Shown here: piece by piece, positions 52,819-64,000 of the stretch
Numbering within the stretch: the first letter of the stretch is position 1
Layout: each line of letters begins with the position of its first letter
Source of the DNA: Felis catus
Lineage: Eukaryota
DNA: 64,000 nt
Assembly: GCF_018350175.1 (NCBI RefSeq)
Contig: NC_058368.1
Span: 84,074,001-84,138,000 of the forward strand
Direction of reading: 5' to 3'
Notes under the pieces: model-generated
The model's input: only the letters and a program-made list of their open reading frames with translations
The model's database searches: none
What the model was told of the DNA's origin: nothing
Position numbers and translations under genes: made by a program

Positions 52819-53785
52819 CGAGGCTTGGCAAGAGGCAGGCAGAGGGCCCTGGAACCAGTCCTCCACCGGCGGCTTTGTCCTCACAAGCCTTTTTAATGAG
52901 AGCCCAATGCACCTGTTCCTCTTCAGCATGGTTGTGGTAGTCTACACACTTGCCATGGCTGGCAACACTGCCATGGTTTTCCTGATCTGGGCAGATGCCC
53001 GGCTCCACACACCCATGTATTTCCTCCTCAGCCAGCTGTCTTTTCTGGACATCTTCTTCACCTCAGTCACCATCCCCAAGATGATAGCAGGCTTCCTCTT
53101 TGGCTGGACTAGCATCTCATTTGTGGGCTGTGGAGCACAAATGTTTTTCTTCATGTTCTTTGGGGCCACAGAGTGCCTCCTGCTGGCCCTCATGGCCTAT
53201 GACCGTTACGTGGCCATCTGCAACCCTCTGCGCTACCCATCACTCATGAGTCATCAGACCTGTCTGCTCATGGTGGCTGCCTCCTGGCTGGGAGGGTCTC
53301 TCAATGCCTCCATCCAGACTGCACTGACCCTGCAGTTCCCCTATTGTGGCTCAAGAAAGATTGCACACTTTTTCTGCGAGGTGCCCTCACTGCTGAGGCT
53401 GGTTTGTGCTGACACAGCCTCCTACGAGCACGTTCTTTTTGTGACAGGTGTGGTAGTCCTTCTGCTGCCCATTGCCTTTATCACTATGTCCTATGCCCTC
53501 ATCTTGGCAGCAGTGCTTGGGATGCACTCTGTGGAGGGGCGTCGGAAGGCCCTAGCCACCTGCTCCTCCCACTTAACAGTTGTCAACCTCTTCTATGGAC
53601 CCCTCGTCTATACCTATATGTTACCTGCATCCTACCACTCTCCTGGCCAGGATGATGTAGTGTCCATCTTCTATACAGTCCTCACACCCATGCTGAATCC
53701 TGTCATCTACAGTCTCAGGAACAAGGAAGTGACAGGAGCAATGAAGAATGTCATAGGGAAGTGTGGGATGGGTAAGATTGCTTAA
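52819..53785 (+). CDS. Olfactory receptor, class II, family 2 (OR2Z/OR2V/OR2T-like); main coding exon. First in-frame ATG 52907 gives 292 aa; predicted spliced form 323 aa
   Basis: Uninterrupted ORF with OR motifs GN (TM1), LHTPMYFLLSQLS, MAYDRYVAICNPLRY, HFFCEVP, KALATCSSHL, PMLNPVIYSLRNKEV. The frame stays open upstream of 52907 (EAWQEAGRGPWNQSSTGGFVLTSLFNESP, with N-Q-S sequon) back to the acceptor ttacttcttccccacAG ending 52818. Confidence 0.96.
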
Positions 53786-53959
53786 CACTCAGGAGAGGGG
53801 GCCTTCCACCTCTAGGACATCTCTGTGGCTTCAGGAGCCCATTCTAGGATTTCCTCCTGAGAAGAGAAGTGGAGTCCCAAATCCACATAAATGGAAGTGA
53901 AAAGGCAACCCCTTATTCCCCTCCATCCACTGCCTTTCTCCTCAAAGAGTTGTCCAGAT

Positions 53960-55250
53960 TGTCAGTATCCACTTTTCACTCCCCTGCCTCACCTCAACAA
54001 ACTCCAGTCTGGTTTCTGTTCCAGCCATCCCTTGTCCAAAGGGCAATATTTCATCGCCTCTGTCACTAAATGTCCAAAAGCATCTCTTCTCCCCAAAGGG
54101 CCCCCAAAGCCCTTCTTCTCTGGCTATTTCCCCAAATTTCTCCTTCATCCCTGTCCTCCAGCCACACTGGCTGCCTTATTGATCAGAATTCCTAAGCACA
54201 ATCCCAGTTTGTGGTCCTTCAACACAGAGTTCCTGATGCCTGGGTGCTTTCCTCCACACTTTTGCATGTTTGCATGAGGAACTTCTCAAATATGATTATA
54301 TCAGAGATGCCTGTACTGGCCACACTGTCCAAGATGGTATCCCTATCCCATTCCACCATCTCTTTCTAACTTAATTTGTGTATTCAATGTTTCTTTTTCC
54401 CTTTAGAATGTGCAGTTCAGGGGAGTTGAGGTTTTGATTTGTAGTGTTGTACCCTCATCTCCCCGAAGACTGCCTGGCACACAGTCCATCAATAAACATT
54501 TGCTGAATAAATGGATAAACCCAATGAACATTTCTTACCTAATCCCAAAAGTGTTGGCACTGTTGCTAGTTCCTCCTTGAAAATCTTTTTTCCTTTGGTA
54601 GTGATACCACATTTCTGTTTTTGTTTTTTTTCCCTACTTTGGCCCATGCCTTCCCATTAAGTTACGAATGACTTAAAACATGGTGATAGACCCTTCTCTT
54701 CTCAGTCCACAGTCTCTCAGGTCACTCTCATTCATGGCGATGGTTTCAGTTACCACCTAACACCTAAGTCTGTCATACATATTATAGGCCAGCCAGATGT
54801 CTCCTCCAAGCTCAATATCCACACTGGATGTTCCAGAGGCACCTCAAATTCATCATATCAACAAAAAAATCATGATATCTCCTCTAGGGATGGTAACTGA
54901 GTGAATGCTCCACAAGGTCAGCAGGACTCTCACCGCCCATGCCTAATCCCTCACCAAATCCTGTCCATTTGACCATCACTGCTTACCTTTGGATGAGATG
55001 CAATCCTCGGTGTTGCAACTACCAACACCAGAGTCAAAAGATACAGTCAATCTTGACTGGGATGATGCAGGAACTTCCAAACAGGTCTCCTTGCTCTCTT
55101 TCTCACCCACCCCACATATACAACTTGTTTTCCAAGAGAGCCAAAAGAATCTCTAAACACAAATCTATTCACATGCCACCAACTCCAATCCTTAAGTTCC
55201 CCTTAAATACCTTTAGAAATTCTTATTCCTTTTACATGTATCACCATCTA
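53960..55250 (+). mobile_element. LINE-2 fragments, including a 3' end at ~54150-54520
   Basis: ccagccacactggc, tagaatgtg...tgcctggcacacag...caataaacatttgctgaataaatg L2 terminus; AATAAA at 54491 could serve as the OR poly(A) signal. Confidence 0.7.
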
Positions 55251-56261
55251 ACATAGAAGGAAGGCAACAGGAAGGCAGGGAAAGAGGAAAGGACTGTTCC
55301 TGATTGCAGTCTTGTACATTCCAGCTAGACCATACTTTATCATCCCAAGTCTTTATTATATAAAGAAATCTTCATAAGAGATGCCAAAATAACTTCTTGT
55401 TTTAAGACATCCCTAAAAGTCTTCAGAGACCAGAAGTCACCCTTAAAGTTCAATCTACATCCCTTTTACTGCAGTTGGATTAATTTTTTCTAAATTGACT
55501 CTTCATAAAAATCAAGAACAGAATAGAGAACTGCATTTCCACTTGAACACATCTACCACATTTTCTCTTCAAAGAAGACATTTACTCAGGGGAGAAATAT
55601 TTCTATTCCTGAAATATTTCTATTACAAGGAGTTATGTGGCCAAGACTGTATAGATACATACCCACCATCTGATTCCAGAACAGGATTCCTTCACCACCA
55701 CAGTCCCCGACCTCATGTTTCATATGCATGACCTTACACATCCTTTGACTCCTTAGCACTTACCCAAATAAAGAAGAAAGCCATAATTTGCCTTTAGTCA
55801 TACATCTTACCTCATGTCCATTAAACAAGTGGGCAAGCTTTGAAAAATGACATGTAGGAGGTCATGCTTACCCCTTCCTGTGATACAGGGAGTGAGTTGT
55901 TTCTTAATATATAGTTTTACTTTCTTTAAAAAATAACCCCAACTTTAACTGAGAATGCACTGCCTGAAATAAATATATTTTCCAGTCACCAATACAGGTG
56001 GGTATGGCTATGTACACAAGCTGTGGCCAGTGGCCAGTAAATATAAATGTATGTGCCTTCCAGTAATGTCTTTAGACATCAGGGTGGGATCAAACTCTTT
56101 ACTTCACCACTCTTTCTTATTGGATGACATGGTATCATGACAACTAGGGCTTCAGCGGACAGCTTGTACAAGAGGCAGCAGCAAGGAAATGAGAATGGCA
56201 AATTAACAACATAAATGGAAACATAGTTATTGAAAACATAGAGTTAAACAAGTATTCTGTG

Positions 56262-59200
56262 ATTTTTATTTTTTGTCTTTTTTTTAAATATGAAATTTAT
56301 TGTCAAATTGGTTTCCATACAACACCCAGTGCTCATCCCAACAGGTGCCCTCCTCAATGCCCAACACCCACTTTCTCCTCCCTCCCACACCCTCCATCAA
56401 CCGTCAGTTTATTTTCTGTTTTTAAGAGTCTCTTATGGTTTGCCTCCCTCCCTCTCTAACTTTTTTTCCGCTTCCCCTTCCCCATGGTCTTCTGTTAAGT
56501 TCCTCAACATCCACATAAGAGTGAAAACATTTAGTATGTCTTTCTCTGTATGACTTATTTCACTTAGGATAACACTCTCGAGTTCCATACACGTTGCTAC
56601 AAAAGGTCATCTTTCATTCTTTCTCATTGACAAGTAGTATTCCATTATATATATAAACCACAACTTCTTTATCCATTCATCAAATGATGGACATTAAGGC
56701 TCTTTCCATAATTTGGCTATTGTTGAAAGTGCTGCTATAAACATTGGGGTACAAGTGCCCCTATGCATCAGCACTCCTGTATCCCTTGGGTAAATTCCTA
56801 GCAGTGCTATTGCTGGGTCATAGGGTAGATCTATTTTCAATTTTCTGAGGAACCTCCACACTGATTTCCAAAGCGGCTGCACCAGTTTGCATTCCCACCA
56901 ACAGTGCAAGAGGGTTCCCATTTCTCCACATCCTCTCCAGCACCTATACTCTCCTAATTTGTTCATTTTAGCTACTCTGACTGGCATGAGGTAGTATCTG
57001 AGTGTGGTTTTGATTTGTATTTCCCTGATGAGGACTGATGTTGAGCATCTTTTCAGGCACCTGTTGGCATTCTGGATATCTTCTTTACAGAAGTGTCTAT
57101 TCATGTCTTCTGCCCATTTCTTCACTGGATTATTTGTTTTTCAGGTGTGGAGTTTGGTGAGTTCTTTCTAGATTTTGGATACTAGCCCTTTGTCTGATAT
57201 GTATTTGCAAGTACCTTTTCCCCTTCCATCAGTGGCCTTTTAGTTTTGTTGATTGTTTCCTTTGCAGTGCAGAAGCTTTTTATCTTTATGAGGTCCCAAT
57301 AGTTCCTTTTTGCTTTTAATTCCCTTGCCTTTGGAGATGTGTCAAGTAAGAAATTACTGTGGCTGAGGTCAGAGAGGTTTTTTTCCTGCTTTCTCCTCTA
57401 CAGTTTTGATGGTTTCCTGTCTCACATTCAGCTCCTTCATCCATTTTGAATTTATTTTTGTGAATGGTGTAAGAAAGTGGTCTAGTTTCATCCTTCTGTC
57501 CAGTTCTCTCAACACCATTTGTTAAAGAGACTGTCTTTTTTCCATTGGATACTCTTTACTGCCTTGTCAAAGATTAGTTAGCCATACTTTTGTGGGTCCA
57601 ATTCTGGACTCTGTATTCTATTCCCTTGGTCTATGTGTCTGTTTTTGTGCCAATACCATACTGTCTTAATGATTACAGCTTTGTAGTAGAGGCTAAGTCT
57701 GGGATTGTGATACCTCCTGCTTTGGTCTTCTTCTTCAATATTACTTTGGCTGTTCGGGGTCTTTTGTGGTGCCATACAAATTTTAGGATTGCTTGTTCTA
57801 GCTTCAAGAGTGCTGGTGCAATTTTGATTGGGATTGCATTGAATGTGTAGATTGCTTTGGGTAGTATTGACATTTTTGCAAGATTTATTCTTCCAATCCA
57901 TGAGCATGGAATGTTTTTCCATTTCTTTATATCGTCTTAAATTTCCTTCCTAAGCTTTCTATAGTTTTCAGCATACAAATCTTTTACATCTTTGGTTAGG
58001 TTTATTATTGGCATTTTATAACTTTTGGTGCAATTGTGAATAGGATCAGTTCTTTCTGTTGTTTCATTATTAGTGTATAAGAATGCAACTTATTTCTGTA
58101 CATTGATTTTGTATCCTGCAACTTTGCTGAATTCATGTATCAGTTCTAGCAGACTTTTGGTGGAGTCTATCGGGTTTTCCATGTATAATACCATGTAATC
58201 TGCAAAAAGTGAAAGCTTTACTTCATCTTTGCCAATTTTGACGCATTTGATTTCCTTTTGTTGTCTGATTGCTGATGCTACAACTTCCAACACTATGTTA
58301 AACAACATCAGTGAGAGTGGACATCGCTGTCATGTTCCTGATCTCAGAGGGAAAGCTCTCAGTTTTTCCCCATTGAGGATGATATCAGCTGTGGGCTTTT
58401 TATAAATGGCTTTTATGATGTTTAAGTGTGTTCCCTCTATCCCGACTTTCTCAAGGGTTTTTATTAAGAAAGGATGCTGAATTTTGTCAAACGCTTTTTC
58501 TGCACCAATTGACAGGATCATATGGTTCTTCTTTTCCTTTATTAATGTTATGTATCACATTGATGGATTTGCAAATGTTGAACCAGCCCTGCAGCCCAGG
58601 AATGACTCCCACTTGATCATAGTGTATAATTCTTTTTATATGCTGTTGAATTCGATTTGCTAGTATCTTATTGAGAATTTTTGCATCCATATTCATCAGG
58701 GATAATTCGCCTGTAGTTCTCTTTTTTTACTGGGTCTCTGTCTGGTTTAGGAATCAAAGTAATACTGGCTTCATAGAATGAGTCTGGAAGTTTTTCTTCC
58801 CTTTCTATTTTTTGGAACAGCTTGAGAAAGATAGGTATTATCTCTGCTTTAAATGTCTGGTAGGATTCCCCAGGGAAGCTATCTGGTCCCGGAGTCTTAT
58901 TTCTTGGGAGATTTTTTATAACTGATTCAATTTCCTCGCTGGTTATGGGTCTGTTCAAGTTTTTTATTTCTTCCTGTTTGAGTGTTGGAAGTGTGTGGGT
59001 GTTTAGGAATTTGTCCATTTCTTCCAGGTTGTCCAATTTGTTGGCATATAATTTTTCATAGTATTCCCTGATAATTCTTTGTATCTCTGAGGGATTGGTT
59101 GTAATGATTCCATTTTCATTCATGATTTTATGTGTTTGGGTCATCTCCCTTTTCTTTTTGAGAAGCCTGGCTAGAGGTTTATCAATTTTGTTTATTTTTT

Positions 59201-60061
59201 CAAAAAACCAACTCTTGGTTTCATTGATCTGTTCTACAGTTTTTTAAAATTCTATATTGTTTATTTCTGCTCTGATCTTTATTATTTCTCTTCTTCTGCT
59301 GGGTTTGGGGTGTCTTTACTCTTCTGCTTCTATTTCCTTTAGTTGTGCTGTTAGATTTTGTATTTGGGATTTTTCTTGTTTCTTGAGATGACCTGGATTT
59401 CAATGTATTTTCCTCTCAGGACTGCCTTTGCTGCATCCCACAGCATTTGGATTGTTATATTTTCATGTTCATTTGTTTCCATATATATATATATATATAT
59501 ATATGTATATTTAAATTTCTTGTCTAATTGCCTGATTGACCCACTCATTCTTTAATAGGGTGTTGTTTAACCTCCATGCTTTTGGAGGTTTTCCAGACTT
59601 TTTCCTGTGGTTTATTTCAAGTTTCATAGCATTGTGGTCTGAAAGTGTGCATGATATGATCTTAATACTTTTGTCTTTATTGAGGGCTGTTTTGCGACCC
59701 AGTATGTGATCTATCTTGGAGAATGTTCCATGTGCACTCTGGAAGAAAGTATATTCTGTTGCTTTGGGATGCAGAGTTCTAAATATATCTGTCAAGTCCA
59801 TCTGATCCAATGTATCACTCAGGACCCTTGTTTCTTTATTGATCCTTATAGATTGATCTATATATTGATCCTTTATTGATCTTTATAGATTGTCTAGATG
59901 ATCTATCCATTGTTGTAAGTGGGGTATTAAAGTCCCTGCAATTACCACATTCTTATCCATAAGGTTGCTTATGTTTGTAATTAATTGTTTTATATATTTG
60001 GGGGCTCCCATATTTGGCACATAGACATTTATAATTGTTAGCTTTTCCTGATGGATAGACC
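56262..60061 (-). mobile_element. 5'-truncated felid LINE-1 (~3.8 kb), ORF2 disrupted
   Basis: Reverse strand closely matches ~19870-23600 of the full-length element; poly-T tail at 56262-56285. Confidence 0.94.
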
Positions 60062-61034
60062 AGTGACAGAGAGAGAGCAGACACTTTTTGTGGCACAGAA
60101 GGAATTAGTATGTTGGCCCCAAAATGGAATGGAAAGAAAAAGCTTGCTGAAAAGTAGGTTCAAGTACACTAGGAAGCATACCAGGAAGCACACATCAGAA
60201 TGCAACTCAGGGACTATCAGAAGATCAGTAGCTGTTAAAATTTGATCTCCACCTGGAAAAAATGGCAAGCTCCAATTAGACCTTGAACTTACTTAAGAAC
60301 ATACATATCTCATAATTTCCAGTTTATGATGTAGGCCACTATCTTTTTTCCTCCTTTTATTAGAACCTGAAAATGCAAAAATGGAAAGATTTGAAAGCTG
60401 CGTTATCAGGGGATATTTGTCAAGTGACATGGTGAAGCTACCAAAATGAAGTGGAGAAGCTTGGGGGTAAATTTTGGGAACAATAAGGGGAGACCTGGGG
60501 CAAATACTTTTGCCTGAGAAGAAAATGGAGGAAGGATAGTAACAACTCAGGAGAAAGTGACAAAAGTACTTAATTACCAAACCCTTCCCAAAGCAAAGTA
60601 CATACAACTAACACATTACAAACTTTCCCATCATTTAACTCTATCCTTATCAACGTCTTTCATTTGAGCTCCCTGTGTGAGTTTCCCATCCCCCTTGGGA
60701 ATATACTTCTGGATTTGTGAGTCCAGTTGATGAGACAATGAGACAAATACAAGTTGTTTGCACACATTCTCCTTACAACAGGTTTTCTAAATGCATTTAA
60801 TAAGGCAACACCTACCTAGGGCTGTAGGCTCTGTTTTTTCATTGATTAGCCTCAATTTTTAGATCATCCTGGCTCATAGGAGGTAATAAATAAGTAGCTA
60901 TTTAATTAGTTTAAATTATCTGTCTGGCCAGTTTTTTTTTTTATCTTTTTAAAGACAAGATTGGAGCAAATTCTTAATTATAAACTGGAAGATAATACTT
61001 TTTTTATAAATATACAGTTTGAAATCACTTTGCT

Positions 61035-61625
61035 CCTATGTAAAAAAGTTTGGTGGTTCCTCAAAAAGGTATACATTCTTGGGTATACATCCAAGGTAAC
61101 TGAAAAAGTGTGTTCAAAAAAACTATTGTACATGAATGCTCAAGGCAGTATTATACACAGTAGCCAAAATGTGGAAGGAACACGTCTATCAATTGATGAA
61201 TGGGTAAACAAAATGTGGTATACTGATACAATGAAATATTATTCAATGATAAAAAAGAATGAAGTGTTGATACATGCTACAACAGCTTTCAAGGATGAAA
61301 CTTGAAAATATTTAGCTACATGAGAGAAGCCAGACACAAAAGACCACATATTGTAGGATTCCTTTTTATTAAATGTCCAAAATAAAGATAGATAGAGAAA
61401 ATTCATAGAGACATAGATAACTGCTAGAGGTTGGAAGGGCAGGAGAATGAGGTGTGACTGCTTAATCAATATAGAGTTTCCTTTTGGGGTGATGAAAAAG
61501 TACTGGGACTAGGTAGTGGTACTGGTTGCACAACACTGTGTGTTTACTAATGCCACTGGTGTGTACTTTAAGATGGTTGAAATGGTAAATTTTATGTTAT
61601 GTGTATTTTACCACAATAAAAATAA
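61035..61625 (+). mobile_element. L1MB-type 3' end
   Basis: gaagccagacacaaaagaccacatattg, aatggtaaattttatgttatgtgtattttaccacaataaa. Confidence 0.78.
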
Positions 61626-62619
61626 GGCACTGTTTTATTTAATCCTCACATCCAGGGCTGATGTCCTGATCTCTGACTACAAAACCCATAAAACTTCCAC
61701 CTTGTCCAAATGATGACTCCAACATGGAGCACTAATCATTGGACTAAAATGAGGGCCACCACAACCAGGCCACCATTTATCACCTCATTCCTTCTCAAGA
61801 TCTCATGCTGACTCTGCCATCTGGAGATGACATCTTAGTCTGGTGTTTATAGCCCTTCTCATCTGGCTAGCTTCTCACCAATGCTCTGCCAGCATTTTCC
61901 TTCCACTCCAAGTAGACATATCACTGTACCACCTTAAATACCTCCATTATTGCCTGACTATACATGTTCTCCTTTCCCTTTTCTATCTTTGAGAGCCTGC
62001 CACTCAATATATAAATATCACATAAAAGGCAACATTCTACCTCCCAGAATCTTTCATCATAAGGCCTATATTGTGAAATACATACTGTGTGAAAGTACAG
62101 ATATGTCTATAATCTCATTTTCCTAGTATGTTCTTTAATCTCTCCTCTAAGCACACCCAAGTAAATTATAAAATGAATAAATCTTATACTCTGTGCATTT
62201 ATCTATATCCATATCAATATCTATATTTATATCCATATTTATATCTATATTTCATCACCCCTTGGAGTGACAGAATTGTACAATTTTGAAAATCATACAT
62301 AATTGTATTATTTACCTGTGTAAAGCCTACAGTAGTTCAAAGCAAAGAAACTTATCAATGATAAATAAAGGACATTACATAATGATACAATGGTCAATTT
62401 TCCAAGAAGAAATAATTCTTAACATGTATGTGCCTAATAACAACACTAAACAATATGAAACAATAGTAACTGATAATTTTTCTAAATAATTGTTAGACCC
62501 CAAACCACAGAACCAGGAAAACCTGAAAACATCAAGCATGATAAATGCCATAAACATTATCATTTTATTTTCAAACTATAGAAAATGACAGGTAAAGAAA
62601 AAAATCTTAGAAGACAGAG

Positions 62620-63965
62620 AAGAAGAATAAAACTAGACCACTTTCTTACACCATATACAAAAATAAATTCAAAATGGATGAAAGACCTAAACAAGAGACA
62701 AGAAACCATCAAAATCCTAAAAGAGAACACAAGCAGCAAACTCTTGACCTCGGCCAGAGCAATTTCTTACTAGACACATCACTGAAGGCAAGGGAAACAA
62801 AAGCAAACATGAACTACTAAGACTTAAGATAAAAAGCTTCTGCACAGTGAAGGAAACAATCAGCAAAACTAAGGGGCAGCCTATGGAGTAGGAGAATATT
62901 TGCAAATGGCATATTTGATAAAGGGTTAGTATCCAAAATCTATAAAGAACTTACCAAACTCAACACCCCCTAAAAAAAAAATAATAACCCAGCTAATAAA
63001 TGGGCAAAAGATATGGATAGACACTTTTCCAAAGAAGATTTCCAGATGGCTAACAGACACATGAAAGGATGCTCAACGTCACTCATTATCAGGGAAATAC
63101 AAATCAAAACCATGATGTGATATGACCTCACACCTGTCAGAATGGCTAAAATTTACAACACAAGAAATAAGAGGTCTTGGTGAGGATGCAGAGAAAAAGG
63201 AACCCTCTTGTACTGCTGGTGGGAATGCAGACTGGTTCAGCCACTCTGGAGAAAAGTATGGAGGTTCCTCAAGAAATTAAAAATAGAACTCTCCTAGGAT
63301 CCAGCAATTGCACTATTAGATATTTACCCAAAGGATACAAAAATGTAGACTCAAAGGGGTACATGCACCCAATGTTTATAGCAGGATTATCAACAATAGC
63401 TAAATCATGGAAAGAGTCCAAATGTCCATCAACTGATGAAGGGATAAAGAAGATGTGATATATATATATATATATATACACACACGCACACACATATATA
63501 TATGTATATATATATATATATGTGTGTATATATATACACACACACATATACACAATGGAATATTAGCCCTTGTAAAGAATGTCACCTTGCCATTTGCATT
63601 GACATGAATGGAGCTAGAACATATTATACTGAGTGAAATAAGTCAGAGAAAGACAAATTCCATATGACTTCACTCATATGTGGAATTTAAGAAACAAAAC
63701 AGATGAACATATGGAAAGGGGGGAAAAGAGGAGAGAAGGAAGCAAACCACAACAGACTCTTAATGATAGAGAATAAACTAAGGGTTGATGGAAGGAGGTG
63801 GGTGGGAGATGGGCTAGATGGGTGATGGGTATTAAGGAGGGCATATGTTGTGGTGAATGCTAGGTGTTGTATGTAAATGAAGAATCACTGGTTCTACTCC
63901 TGAAACCAACTGCACTGTATGTTAACTAAATAAAATTTAAATTAAAAAAAGAAGAAGAAAAAAGA
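62620..63965 (+). mobile_element. 5'-truncated carnivore LINE-1 3' end
   Basis: [20 protein letters not shown]; (TA/CA)n; 3'UTR and A tail. Confidence 0.9.
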
Positions 63966-64000
63966 GTAAAAAACACTACCTATAAAGGAGAAAATAATTA

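Noticed and set aside
52888..52900. CTTTTTAATGAG resembling the extended homeodomain site of OR enhancers
   Set aside because: Lies in coding sequence (L-F-N-E) and is explained by codons; imperfect match.
396..63585. The many 60-360 aa ORFs in the track other than the OR
   Set aside because: They are L1 ORF1/ORF2 fragments, antisense L1 frames, SINE/microsatellite read-throughs or short chance ORFs; no recognisable host protein.

Overview
Mammalian genomic DNA, most likely felid (carnivore tRNA-derived Can-SINEs including a CpG-rich SINEC_Fc-type copy, plus carnivore/felid-type LINE-1). About two thirds of the window is LINE-1 of several ages, often nested. It also holds ~17 Can-SINEs, a solo LTR and ancient MIR/L2/MER relics, a composition typical of an olfactory-receptor (OR) cluster. 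The only host gene I can support is one intact class II family-2 OR on the + strand (stop at 53785). Its conserved N-terminus lies upstream of the first in-frame ATG and behind a strong splice acceptor, and a phase-compatible ATG-AG|GT donor at 51638-51644 would give a 323-aa split-CDS receptor. Other notable structure: (i) a multi-jump templated rearrangement at 7.7-14.8 kb, with a 149-bp unique segment present three times and a ~280-bp chimeric inverted repeat; (ii) a TSD-flanked L1 whose 5'UTR is fused directly to the RT domain; (iii) a full-length, decayed, TSD-flanked L1; (iv) several retrotransposon-associated deletion/inversion scars. I see no prokaryotic, CRISPR or novel multi-gene system. 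Repeat subfamily names are from recognition, not database searches, and repeat boundaries are approximate.
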